From Felis catus (taxonomy: Eukaryota), in contig NC_058368.1 of the NCBI RefSeq assembly GCF_018350175.1, positions 9,858,001-9,922,000 of the forward strand: a stretch of DNA of 64,000 bases, in the 5' to 3' direction. The stretch's first letter is position 1; the number at the start of each line of letters is the position of its first letter. The position numbers and the translations under genes are program-made. Shown here in pieces: positions 13,250 to 25,373 of the stretch. The notes beneath the pieces were generated by a model, which saw only the letters and a program-made list of their open reading frames with translations, ran no database searches and was not told the origin of the DNA.

Positions 13250-14350
13250 GCTCGGCTCTCACCGAGGCTTTAGGAGAGCGGACTACGGGGGCCTTGCGCG
13301 GCCCACAGTCGTCGTGGAGACCGCAGCGCTGCAGGGACGCGCCGGCCGACAGGCTCCATTGCACCCTCCGCCTCTGCAGGCTGGGGAGCCCTTCCCTCGC
13401 CCCACCACCCACCCACCCAGGTCACTCTCCGCCGCGTCGACTTCCGACCCGGGCTCGCGTCGGCCCGGGCGCAACGAGGTGCGCGCCACTCTCTTTCCTC
13501 AGCGTAATCCCTCCGCTGCCGAGCGCGCACTAGTTTTAATCACGCCCCACCCCCTGGTCGCCGGCGTCACCTCCGCCACTCGAGCGCTTTCCAGCAGCTT
13601 CCAGAAACGTCGCCTCCCCAAACCCAGCCACTCACAGATGCCGGGCTCGGCAGCCACCGGCCCCGCCCCTAGCCGTCGCCGCGGCTGAAACTGCGGCTGC
13701 GACAGCCGGGCGGGCAGCCACGCCTCTGCAGAGGCCGTCCGGAAGTGCTCCCGTTCTCACCTTCCCCGCCACGCTGACGAACTTTCAGGCCCCGCGCCGA
13801 GCAGGAAGGGGAATTCTTTTGCCGCGGACTCAAACCGGAAGCCGCTTGGCGAGCGGAGAGGCCGGTGGGGGAGGAGCGGGCCGGGGGGAACGTGGGTTGA
13901 ACGTTGCACGGGGTGGTGTGGACCCAAGCTGGAACAGGAGTTCGGACCGACCCGGTGTGAAGAAGGAGCGTGCACGCGGCAGGTAAGGGAGGAGAGGAAG
14001 TGGTTTCCTTCAGCTCCCGAAGTAGGGAAGGGGGCACAGAGCTGGGGAAAAGGGACTGCCGCTGGGGGGGTCCGCGCGCCGAAAGGTGGGCTAGGCTGGG
14101 AGAGGGAAGGGGCTGGGACTGGGCTCGGGGGGGAAGGGTTGGCGATTAAGGTAGAGAGTTACTGATTCGTTTTGGCTCAGAGAGGTAAATGCTGAAGAGA
14201 AACCAGAGTTGTTTTGTGTTTCGTTCTTCCAAAGAGCGTGGAGATGGGGAGGGTTAACGGAACCCTGCACCTTGGGTTTCCAAGGTTTGGTTTTGAAACT
14301 GACAGGTCTTGGTCCTGTGCGTCTCTGATTCTGGAGGGCCGGGCACCCAA
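13250..14350. promoter_or_regulatory. CpG-island, TATA-less promoter of USPL1 (probably bidirectional)
   Basis: High CpG/GC; ETS/GABP sites CCGGAAGTG 13739-13747 and ACCGGAAG 13834-13841; GC box GGCCCCGCCCC 13659-13669; CRE half-sites TGACG at 13775 (+) and 13565 (-). Confidence 0.85.
13830..13982 (+). other. USPL1: USPL1 exon 1 (no AUG; start approximate)
   Basis: Strong donor CAG|GTAAGG at 13982/13983 inside the CpG island; resembles the USPL1 mRNA leader as I recall it. Confidence 0.8.
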
Positions 14351-15810
14351 AGCCGACCCCAGTCCTCGGCTTCAAGTTTACTGTGGTCTTACCTTTGACA
14401 ATTCATGTGCTGAGCTCTCTTGGTCTTGGAGGGCAAGCTCAGATGTAAAGTTTGAGGCTCTTCTCGGAGCCGCTGGTTCTGTGGGTTTCCCCACTGTGCA
14501 CACGGGGCTGTGAAAGAAGCTTAATTGCATATCTTTCGGCATACCCAGGGGCAACTTTACATATTCTTTGTGCTGTAACTGGGTTCATACTGGGCTAGGC
14601 ATTCACACTGGGGCTCCTGGATTATCAGTGGCTCACCGAAATAATGAAAAGAGGGAGTCAGAAGGAAGGTGCTGAGGTTGAAGTGGAGGAGAGGAAGGTA
14701 AGACTGGAAAGCCGGGTTGGTCGGTCTCAAGTACAGTGAGTTTTAAGGTCATAGTATTACCCTTAGGTCCATACTGAGCTGTTTGGACTTTCCTACAATC
14801 AGGTTGGGGTAAATGATTTTAAGTTGAGCCGTGACAGACTCAGACTTGTTTTATACTAGCGTTACTTTGGCTGCAGTATGGAGTGGGGATCGGATGGAAA
14901 GAGGTGGGATTTGAGATGCTTCCCAAGAATTGTCCTCAGAATTTGGACAGGAGGAAGTGGGAAGTGAAAGTTTAGAGAACCACTCGAATTTTCTAGTATG
15001 TGTATTTGGAAGGATGAAGATGCCAAAATCTAGGTGAGATACAAGAAAGAGGAGCAGGTTATGTTTGTAGCGAGAACAATGGAGACCATCATTGAGGGCA
15101 AATTAACTTGCAAGAATCACCCCCAGGGTTTTGTGTATAAGACAAAGTAAATTGTTTTTGAAAGTCCTAGATAGCTCACCTCTGCTATTTTTTTTTTTTT
15201 TAAATCAGTTTTCTTTTGCCAGGTTTTGCATAGTCAGAATTTCAACCACCAGCCTATCTGCTTGTCCCATTGAAATGTTGGCTGCTGAGATCAGGATCAG
15301 AGCAGATTTGAAGGCTTCTTATTTTTACTGTTATAATTGAGAGAGAGAGAAAAAAAAACAAAACAAAACAGGCCAAAAAAGTTTTTCTAGATCTCACAGG
15401 CAGATGGAAATTTTCATTAAAAACATCTTATTCAAGGATTATAGCGTACCAGGTTCTACCAGTTTCTTCTGAGAATAGTGCAGAATAATACAAGATGGGC
15501 TCCATAGTTTCTATAGGGTAAAGTATAAAATTAGCACCAAACAAATAGTAGTTAAAACGTATTGTGTGTTCAGGTGCTAAGCATTTTATATGTATTTAAT
15601 TCTTAGAACAAACCAATTTTACAAATTTCTGAACCCAGATCTGCTGTTGTAAAGCCCATGCTTTTGGCCACTCTGGAACCATAAGCAGTTGGACTCTTTT
15701 CTGCCTAGTTTGTTGCCTTTTGTAAGTACATTATCAATAGAACAAAGCAAAAATGATAAATTTGTGTTTTCTGTGAGGAGCTTATAAATTAAAAGCACCA
15801 AACTTTTATC

Positions 15811-15873
15811 TTTTTTTTTTTTTAGAAGTTTATTTATTTACTTTGACACAGAGAGAGAATGCAAGCAGGGGAG

Positions 15874-15915
<42 letters not shown>

Positions 15916-16060
15916 TCAAGAGAGACAGAGAGTCCCAGGCAGGCTCCGCGCTGTGAAGCGCAGAGCCAGACTTGGGGCTCGAACTCATGAACCATGAGAT
16001 CACGCAGTGAGTCGAAATCAGGAATTGGATGCTTAACTGGCAGAGCTACCCATGTGCCCC
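15811..16060 (-). mobile_element. Can-SINE
   Basis: T-tail, (GA)n tract, head. Confidence 0.88.
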
Positions 16061-16078
16061 TTACTTTGATCATTTTGG

Positions 16079-16280
16079 CAGTGGTTCTCAGTGGGGCAGT
16101 TTCGCCTCCCAGGGGTCTTTTGGCAATGTCTGGAGACTTAGTCACAACTGAGGAGTAACACTGGCATCTAGTAGGTAAGAGTGAGCGATGCCGCTGAACA
16201 TCATACGGGGAAAGGATAGCCTTCACAACGAAGAATTATTTGGTCCAAGATGTTTATAGCGCTGTAGTTGAGAAGTCCTG
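16079..16280 (+). mobile_element. MER20 (hAT-Charlie)
   Basis: CAGTGGTTCTCA...GGCAATGTCTGGAGAC...GTTGAGAAGTCCTG. Confidence 0.8.
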
Positions 16281-17334
16281 CCATATCAATATATTTCTTT
16301 AGGAAGAGGGAATTGAGATTCACTTACACTTTTCTTCTTAAACATTTTTATTTTTGACATTATTCCTCGGCTTGAAAGACATGTAAACCTTATATATCTG
16401 GAACAGAATAGTGTCACTGGTTTTTAAAGTGAATCTGCGAGCCACAGTTTCCCAGGAAATGGTTGTCATAGAATGATGAATTCTTAGATTTGGGAAAGAC
16501 TTTTGCTTGAAATTATTTTACAACATCCCTGCTGTTCTCTGCTATAGGTCTTTTGTATCTGGTTTCCCTATATTTTAAACACATATCTAAACTACTCTTA
16601 ACATATTTTTTCCTTCTACTGAGCTCCAGTCTCATAATTTCAACTTTACTGAATGTGATTCTACTCCATGAAATTAACACTCAAACCAAGCTTGTTAAAT
16701 ACCTAATTTGTACTATTACAGTGTTTACATTTTTGTCGGGTACAGTTCATTTATTATAAAATAGTATATTGGTGGAAACTTAAAAAAAATAGCATTATTC
16801 TCTTGGTGACCTGTTCTTGGTGGTTGAAAGCAATAGGAATTTATGGGGTTCTTTTGTCTCTGTCAAGCAATGGCACAAAAGATCCTGAGTCTTTAAAGTA
16901 CCTTCTAATATAACGCTGACATACTTGTTTCAGATTATGCATAGACTCTAAGAACTTGAGTTTTCAAACTCTGGTCAGTATAATTTGCTTTAAAGAATAG
17001 TTACCTTCTTTTGTAAGTTTTAATAAATTTGCTTACAAGTAAGTCTGAAACTTGGTCCTGTTTCCAGTCTGCCCTCTTCCAACAAATTTGCCAGGTTTCT
17101 ATGTATAGGTTATTTGATTTCACGTCAAGATTACAATTTTAGAATATGTTTATCTTAAGACCTATGGTTTCAAAGTATATTTAATATATATACATCTTAT
17201 AGCATAGCTCTTTTTCAAGGTAAATAGAATTTTTTATTTAATTGTCTATTGACTTTTTTTTTTCCAGGGTTCATTGAAAAATCCTTAGTGATATTGACAT
17301 GTTTCAAGTGACATAAATTAGCCAATGACTCGGA

Positions 17335-17433
17335 ATGATGGATTCCCCGAAGATTGGAAATGGTTTGCCAGTGATTGGACCAGGGACTGATATAGGGATA
17401 TCTTCACTCCACATGGTGGGGTATTTGGGAAAA
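17335..17433 (+). CDS. USPL1: USPL1 exon 2 coding part (exon 17268-17433), aa 1-33
   Basis: Acceptor ttttttccag|GGT at 17267/8; ATGATG encodes MMDSPKIGNGLPVIGPGTDIGISSLHMVGYLGK; donor AAA|GTTAGT, phase 0. Confidence 0.92.
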
Positions 17434-17956
17434 GTTAGTGAACTTATTTTTTGCCTCAGTGCAAAGTTGGGTTTTTTCCTCCTTTTTTTAGAGATTTAAA
17501 TTTGGTTTTAATTTTCCAATTAACTTCTAAAAAATTATATCTTCCACGGAAATCTTAAGCAATGGCGAAAGATTATTTTAATGTGTTTACCTCTCTGTGT
17601 TTTATTGGTATGTGAAAGTAGAAATAGAACATAGACCTTGTGGTTTATTATTCTCTGAAAATATGGAACATACATTTTCCCTGGCAGTTGACATTACTTT
17701 TTTCTTGCACATAAAACTGATGCTATTTTTAGCACTTAAAATTTAATATTTAAAACTGTAATACATTTCTTTTTGGAATAGTAGCTGTATTTTAAGCCTA
17801 TGTGCTTTTCTTTTATTTGCCATGTTTAAAATATCTAGCCAGAACACTTCCAGGTGAAAATTGTAATTTTTTTCTGGTTCCTTTTTCGTTTGACTTTTTG
17901 TAATTTGATATAATTTAGGAATGTCTATATTTTAATTTACTTTATTTCTTTTTTAG

Positions 17957-18085
17957 AATTATGATTCAGCTAAAGTCCCGTCAGATGGGTATTGTCCTGC
18001 TTGTAGAGAGAAGGGAAAGTTAAAAGCCTTAAAGACTTACCGAATTAGTTTTCAAGAATCTGTCTTTTTGTGTGAGGATCTGCAG
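17957..18085 (+). CDS. USPL1: USPL1 exon 3
   Basis: ttttag|AAT...CAG|GTAAAG; 129 nt; NYDSAKVPSDGYCPACREKGKLKALKTYRISFQESVFLCEDLQ. Confidence 0.95.
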
Positions 18086-18989
18086 GTAAAGTATTAATCT
18101 TAGATAGTATCAAGGTTTTAGCTTTTTGCTTTTTTCTTCAGTATTTATATTTGTACTTGTTTTGTATCTTTCAGAGTGTACATTTTTAATAGATAATCAG
18201 AGTTTCTAGATCTGTCCAGTGTACAGTTTTAAATATTTTGTGTTATTTTTCCACTTCAGTTATTTCCCTGGGGTATTGCATGAAGGTATTTGTTTTTATT
18301 ATCATTAGACTTAATGAGAAGAGAATCTACATTTCAAGATTTTTTTTTTTTTCCATTAACCTTGTGGGGGTCCTTGTTAGTTGTTGGTATATAATATAGT
18401 CTTTCACCTCTTTGGTTTATAAACTTTGGAACTTACTGGAAAAGTTATTAATTGAAAGTCCTTAAGGATCTAAATATCTTTTGGAATTAATTATAGACTT
18501 CATTTCCAGTGGTACAGCTTTTATATAGGAGCTCATTAAACTCCATAATACTCCACATTTTATTGTACTTGACAGTTGGTGAAATTGTTCTCTACGTATT
18601 TAGTTCTCAAAGTTTTGCAAGGTAGATAGTTCCATTTTATGATTAAGAAATCAGATACAGAGGGTTTGGGAACATAAGATCTTCCTAAAGTAGCAGAACT
18701 GTAATTGGAATATAGTCTTTTAATTTCAGATATGTTTTATTCCAGGTAAAGTAACAGTTCTTCAGAGTCACTTGGAGTGCTTTTTTAAAATTTCTGGATC
18801 TCACACCCAGATGCTCATTCGGTAGAGTTGACCCAGAATTTTATAGTTTTGTAATTTTTAGGGTGAGGCTGATGATCAGCCAAATTTGCAAAATACTAAA
18901 CTAAATCACACTGTTGGTGATAGATACTTTTGCTGGGTATAACTTGAAGAAAATCCCAGGCATTCTCACAAATAGAAATAAATTTCTTT

Positions 18990-20560
18990 TTGCATTTAGT
19001 AATTTTTTTTCGAGTGTCACCATCTTGGCATTGTTCCAAAGGCTGGGATACAGTGAATAAGCAAAAATTTCTTACCTCAAGAAGGTCATGTTCTAGAGTA
19101 GGAAAGAAAATCAATAAGTAAGTTATATTTTTTGTGTGTGAGGTGATGAAAAGTGCTGTGGGGAAAAATAAAGCCCAGGGAATGGAATGTTCGGGAATGT
19201 GTAGTTTGCAATTTTAAACAGAGTGGTGAAGGGAACTCTTCATTGAGAGACATTTGAGCAAAGACCTGAAAGATGAAGACAAACAAGCCATGTGGGTATG
19301 GGATGAACAAGCTTTCCAGGTAGTGAGAGTAGCAGATCGAAGGCCCTGTGAGGGGCGGTGGATGGGGGGTGCCTGTGCATGTTCTACTGCAAGGAAACTA
19401 GCAGAGCTGGATCTGAGGGAGTGAGGCGGAGTACTAGAAGATGGGTCAGAAAAATAATGGGGAAGAGGTTGGACCCAGCAGGGTCTTACCAGGCTTTTAC
19501 AGTGACTGAAATGAACCGTAGCAGGGAGTGACATAATCTGATTTACATGTTAAAAGGATCATTGTCACTCCTTTGTTGAAAGTATCTGTAATGGCCAAGA
19601 CTTGAAGCAGGGAGACTAACTAGTTGGAAGGCAATTGGAGTATTCGGTGGGGAGCAAGTAGTGGCTAAGGTGATGAGACATGATTGGATTATCTACATAT
19701 TTTGAAAGTAGATCCAAAAAGTATTGGCTGAAAGACTGGGATAGATACATAGTAGGAGAGAGAGGAATCAAGGATGATTCCCAGATTTTTGACTTGAATA
19801 ATTGGAAGAATGCAGTTACCAGTCACTGAGATGAGAAAGACTTTGGGAAGATGAAGATTTTAGGGGAAGATCAGGCCAGCACCAAGTCAAACTCGAGACG
19901 GATATCTGATATTGAGGTTATATGGAATAAACGGTTGGATCTGTGTGTCTGCTATTAGGTGGAAAGTGAGGTTCGATAAATTTGGGAGTCATCAGCATGT
20001 ATATAATTGAACCATGACAGTGGATGAGTTTACCTAGAAGTATGGGTAGAGATTCAAGGACTGAGCCCTGTTATACTCCGGCATTAAGAGTGTGGGGAGA
20101 TGAAGTGGAACCAGGAAAAGGTTGAGAGAAATAGACAGTGAGGTAGGAGTAAACCCAGAAAGGAGATAATTTTGTCCTGGAAGTCAAGTGAAAAAATATT
20201 TAAGAAGAAATTATTTACTTTCAATGCCAGTAAGAACTCAATGAGGATGAATACTCATCATTGGCTAGTGTTGTAGGTCATTGAGGACCTTAATGAGAAT
20301 AGTTTGGGTAAAGTATTAATGATAAAAGCTTGATTGCAGTGAGTGATAGAAAATTGGAGAGGAAGAACTGAGAAATATAGATGTGAGGTGGTACCTGGAA
20401 GAGGAAGTTTTTCAGTTGGGAGAAACAACGGCATGTTTGTATGCTGACTGTATCCAGTAGTGAGGGGAAAATAGAAAGTGTCATGGAATTGCTGGAGAGC
20501 TGCTCTCCTTTGAGCAGACATGGGCTCTGTCGCACCATTAGAGGGCTTGATTTTAGGTTG
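18990..20560 (-). mobile_element. L2 fragment
   Basis: GACATTTGAGCAAAGACCTGAA; GACATAATCTGATTTACATGTTAAAAGGATC. Confidence 0.7.
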
Positions 20561-20979
20561 GACGGCTTATCCTAACAGCGGGCTATGAAGAGAGTTTACT
20601 CATTAGCTGGCTCAGAACAGAGTTGTAGAATGGTGAATATTGAAGAGAGAAAATAAATCTTCTAGAAAAAAACTACTTTTTCCCGCTCTTCCAAACAACG
20701 TATAATATTTCAGTAGAGTTCTTTAACCACAGACTACCATAATGGAGAAGTCCGTGTCCTCAGGACATTAGGTTTTGGCTCGTAAAGTTAGAGGTATTTG
20801 CATTTTTAGTTCTGAAGCATTCTTTTTAAGTGATGAGGAAGAAAACATATAACCAAGAATATTAAGTATAAACTTTGCAAATATAAAAAGAGAACTTTAA
20901 AGTAATTATTATCTAAATTTTAGAAAATGTTCTAATCAGTAAGAGCCCGGTATGTTTTATGAGGTAGATTGGTTTACAC

Positions 20980-21274
20980 CAGGAGTCAGCAAACACTTTG
21001 TATGACACCCACAGGCTAAGAACGGATTTTTAAATGATTAGGAAAACATGAAAAGAATACTCTTTTGTAATACATGAAAATTATGTGAATTTCAGATTTC
21101 CGTGTCCATAAATAAATTTTATTGGAACTTAGCTATACCCTATCATTTTTGTATTGTCTGTGGCTGCTTTTATATTATAATGGCAGACTTGAGTAGTTAA
21201 TGACAGACATTGACTGGCTTACAAAGCCTAACATATTTATCTGGCCTTTGACAGGTAAAGTCTGCTGATCCCTG
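20980..21274. mobile_element. MER58-like hAT DNA transposon
   Basis: TIRs CAGGAGTCAGCAAAC / GTCTGCTGATCCCTG; internal AATAAATTTTATTGGAAC. Confidence 0.65.
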
Positions 21275-22157
21275 GTCTAGAAGACCTTTGAATCAATTTG
21301 TTAATTTCTGTAGGGTTTTATTATAAAATTTGGAGTCCACTGAACATTCTGCTTTCAGTTGCCAAATTGTAAACCACATGGGAAACCCCTCTTGATCAGA
21401 AGTTTCTTGGTTTGAAAACAGCACTAATGTTCAAACTCTGCTTCCAAATTAATAAATTGAAACTCAAGTTTTTTCAAACTGTAGGGAGTTTTAACTTATT
21501 TTTTCTCTCTCTCTTTTTTTTGAGTATTCCATTATTTAGTCTTTTATTGGAACACTTATTTAGTTTATTTTTTTAAACATGAACTTTATAAGGCTCTTAA
21601 GTCTTTAGTGTTAAGCCATCAAAAAACTCATTTTCCTGTTTTTTTTTTTTTCATTTGTAAAATGAATGTAAATTATTATTACTTTTTTTGTAAATTATTT
21701 TTATAACTTGTTTCTGGCCATACCTTAAGATAATTTTCCAAATGTAAGGTAGTGTGCAATGTTTTCCTTTTTCTGTTTTAGAGGATTAAAAATGGGAATC
21801 TGTTTAAGCTACTCAACAAAATCAGTGAAAGAGGCAGCATTAGATTTTGAATGCTTTTACATGGTTGGGCTAGATGGAGAAATTAGCACTCTGTGTATTG
21901 TTTTATGACTTTTCCCTTTCTTTGAAGACAAGCCAAAAACTTCTGTGGCATATTAAGACCTAAAGTTGACGTATAAAAGAGATAAACATCCAAAAGTATT
22001 AATTTATGAGGGAAAAATCAGGACAAGGACAAATTATGTTTTAAATTTGCCCTATGATTGGACCACAAATTATAGATTGAAAAGTTAAGATATTTTCAAA
22101 TAATGTAGGGGGGAAACCATCTAGGCCACTAAATTTTGCAGCCCCAGGGCCTTTAAT

Positions 22158-22159
<2 letters not shown>

Positions 22160-22190
<31 letters not shown>

Positions 22191-22370
22191 TTTATTTATT
22201 TTGAGAGAGAGCAGGAGCAGGTAAGGGGCAGAAGGAGAGGGAGAGAGAGAATCCCGAGCAGGCTCCACGCTCAGTGCAGAGCCAGACGCAGGGCTCAGTC
22301 TCACGATGGTTAGATCTTCACCTGAGCTGATATCAAGAGTTGGACGCTTAACTGAGGCACCCAAGTGCCC
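22160..22370 (-). mobile_element. Can-SINE
   Basis: Long T-tail; TSD ATGGTTT. Confidence 0.88.
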
Positions 22371-22509
22371 TATGGTTTATTGCTTTTAATTAAGAAGGGG
22401 TGCTGGTAGGATGTGCACAACATTATTTTAACTCTGTTTGAGACCGATTAAGATTTTTTAGTTTTAAATTTGTTGTAAATTTTTTTTTTCATTTAATTAA
22501 AAAAAAAAA

Positions 22510-23030
22510 ACTATGAATTTTACCATCTTAATCATTTTTAAGTGTACAGTTCGGGAGTGTTACTTATATTCCCGTTATTGTGCGACAGATCTCTGGAACT
22601 TTATCGTCTTAAAAAACTCAAATTCTGTACCCACTGAATGACAGTTCGCCCTTTCCCTCCCCCCACCCCATGGCAGTCACTATTCTACTTTTAGTCTGTA
22701 TGGATTTGACTAGGTACCTCATGTAAGTGGAATCATACTAGATTTGTCTTTGTGACTGACTCTTAGTCCTCAGTGTTTATCCATGTTGTAGCTTGTGACA
22801 GATTCCTTTACTTTTTTAGGGCTGAGTAATATTCCACTGTATGTATATACCACATTTTCTTAGCCAACTGAGCCACCCAGGCACCACCCCCCCCCCCGAC
22901 TGTACCACATTTTCTTTATCCATTTGTTCATTCATGGAAATTTGGGTTGATTCCACCTCTAGGCTATTGTGAATAGTGCTGCAGTGCATAAGGGTGTGCA
23001 AGTATCTCTTTGAGGTCCTGCTTTCATTTT

Positions 23031-23086
<56 letters not shown>

Positions 23087-23100
23087 CTGTCTATACCTAT
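22510..23100 (-). mobile_element. Old L1 (L1MA/MB-like) 3' fragment with (AT)n at ~23036-23079
   Basis: Typical L1 3' end motifs (TAAGTGGAATCATAC; TTGTGAATAGTGCTGCAGTG). Confidence 0.75.
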
Positions 23101-23344
23101 GAATACATAGTTGCTATCGCTTTTAAAGTGTTCTCTGTTTTCTGACATATGGTAGGATTTAGGAAATAATCTCAGGGCATAAAGTTGAGAGACAAGTCGT
23201 TAGCTGATGGTGAGTGCATTACTAGTTGGTAACAGAAGAATCCAGAACTTATCCTATTGAACTAAAGAATTTCCTTAGTACAGCGTTAATGGCGTTCACT
23301 TTTATAGAAGCAGCTGTACTTTAAATGAAAGCGTTTAATGCATT

Positions 23345-23830
23345 TCAGTGTCTGTTGCTCAAAACCTAGTGACTAAAAAAACTTAATGGCTTTACTTATT
23401 CCTCATGATTCTGTGGGCTCCCCAGGTAGTTCTTAACACTTTACCTGCTGTTGGCTGGGACACCTAAAATGTCCACATGGCTGGTGTCAGTACTGTTTGC
23501 CAACAGGGAACTCCGCGTAGGCAGTCAGCCAAGATCTCAGTTCTTTTCCATAAGGGTTTCTCCATGGGGCTACTTGGGCTCCTCACAGTATGATGGATGG
23601 GACTTCTTTAAGAGAGAGTGTTCCAGAAGGAGGGTTCCAAAAGGACTAGCCCAATGAGCCTATACTTACCAGGCTTCCACGTGCATCATGCTTGGTAACA
23701 TCCCATCTAAGCTGGTCACATGGCTAAACCCAGAGCGTTATGTTGGGGGGACTGACCCTATCAGGGCGTGAATACCAGGTGGGGTAGTTCTGTATCTCAT
23801 TAGAGGCCACCAGGGTAGCAGTTAGCATGC
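23345..23830 (-). mobile_element. MLT1-type MaLR LTR
   Basis: CTCATGATTCTGTGGG; GCTACTTGGGCTCCTCACAGTATG; GGTCACATGGCTAAACCCAGA. Confidence 0.55.
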
Positions 23831-24066
23831 TTGTGTAGAAGAAGGCATTTTAAATGACACATAGTATATAGATTTCTTGAATTTGTTTTTTTTAAATATT
23901 TTGCTAGTTTTCAAACTAAGTGATTTGTCTACACTTTTGATATTTGGCTGAAATTGTGTTAATACATAGTGAGATTTGATGAAGTTGTTAAAATTCACCC
24001 AGATTGACTCTTAGATCCAGTAAGGATGTAAAATTGATAATGCTGATGTGCTTTCAGATTAATACT

Positions 24067-24257
24067 GTTTTATTTTTTTTAACACTTATTTATTATTTTG
24101 AGAGAGTGCAAGTGGAAGAGGGGCAGAGGGAGAATCCCAAGCAGGCTCTGTGCTGTCAGCAGAGAGCCCCACGCAGGGCTTTATCCCATGAACCACAAGA
24201 TCATGACCTGAGCCGAAATCTAGAGACGCTCAACTGACTGAGCCACCCAGGCGCCCC
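24067..24257 (-). mobile_element. Can-SINE
   Basis: CTGAGCCACCCAGGCGCCCC head. Confidence 0.88.
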
Positions 24258-24703
24258 TAACATTCAGTTTTAAAATTAAGAGACACAGAAGTTACTCATG
24301 CAGCTTTTTTTTTTTTGAAAACACTTTTCCAGTTTGTAATGTTATGCAGTGTACCTGCCCCAAAAGGAGTAACACTCATCATAGAATGTTTCTTTAAATT
24401 GTTGAAATTGTTAATTCACTCAGCATTAGATTTTTTGTTAAAGCAGAAAAATGTATGTTTTCCTTCTTAGCTTACTCTAGTGTGGATCAGATTAAACCCT
24501 TGGTGGTTCAATTTAACTGGGGAAGATTAACTCTTTTGGGGGCCAAAATTTTGGTTAAATTCCTAGGTCCTTTAAATTTAGATTGATAAAATTATATTAA
24601 TGCTGAAATGTTATACATACATTTCATGACATAGAAACTGTAATATAAAACGAGCTTATTTGACATTTTTTGTAGTTTTTATCATTTTATTTTTTCTTTC
24701 TAG

Positions 24704-25349
24704 TGCATCTACCCTTTGGGCTCTAAATCACTTAATAACTTAATTTCCCCTGATTTGGAAGATTATCACACTCCAAATAAGTCTCAAAAAAGAAAGTTCT
24801 TGGAAACCAGCTGTAAAGATTCACCTCTTTTAGCAAATGCCAAAAAGACTAAAAATCACACTGTTACTGACGGTGAGCAAGGTTTGAACAGCAAACGCGA
24901 TGGAGAAGCCTATGGTGAAACCTCGTCAAGCTTACCTGATTCACCACACAGTGGACCACAGCACCCAGACGGGACAGTTGGTTCCTTGGAACAGAATGAG
25001 AGTTTGGAGGCTGATGTTATTGACATGGCTGCTGAAGAAGCTCCTACTACAGTTGATGTTTCTGGAACTGGAGGGATTTCCCCTCACAGTGAAGGATGCA
25101 CATCTGAACTGGAAATGCTGCTGGAGAGCAAATGTACGTCACCTTGCCAGTCTTCCTACGTCCAATGGAAAAATGCTAATGCTCTCTGTTGGTTAGACTG
25201 TATTCTGTCAGCACTGGTGCACTTGGAAGGGTTAAAGAACACTGTGACTGACCTGTGTTCTAATGAGGAATCTGTGTTCTGGCGGTTGTTTACGAAGTAT
25301 AATCAAGCAAGCAAGCTTCTGCACACCAGTCGATTGGAAGGAGTTAAAG
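24704..25349 (+). CDS. USPL1: USPL1 exon 4 (catalytic Cys238, TGT 25187-25189)
   Basis: ttctag|TGC...AAG|GTTGGT; 646 nt; matches ORF 24716-25357; contains QWKNANALCWLDCILSALVH. Confidence 0.95.
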
Positions 25350-25373
25350 GTTGGTAATAATAGTTTATTTCTC

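Noticed and set aside
12976..14513. Overlapping 68-124 aa ORFs
   Set aside because: Expected in a CpG island; no recognisable domains
17334..17392. C/D-box-like AUGAUG...CUGA in exon 2
   Set aside because: Imperfect C box, no terminal stem, and already explained by start and stop codons
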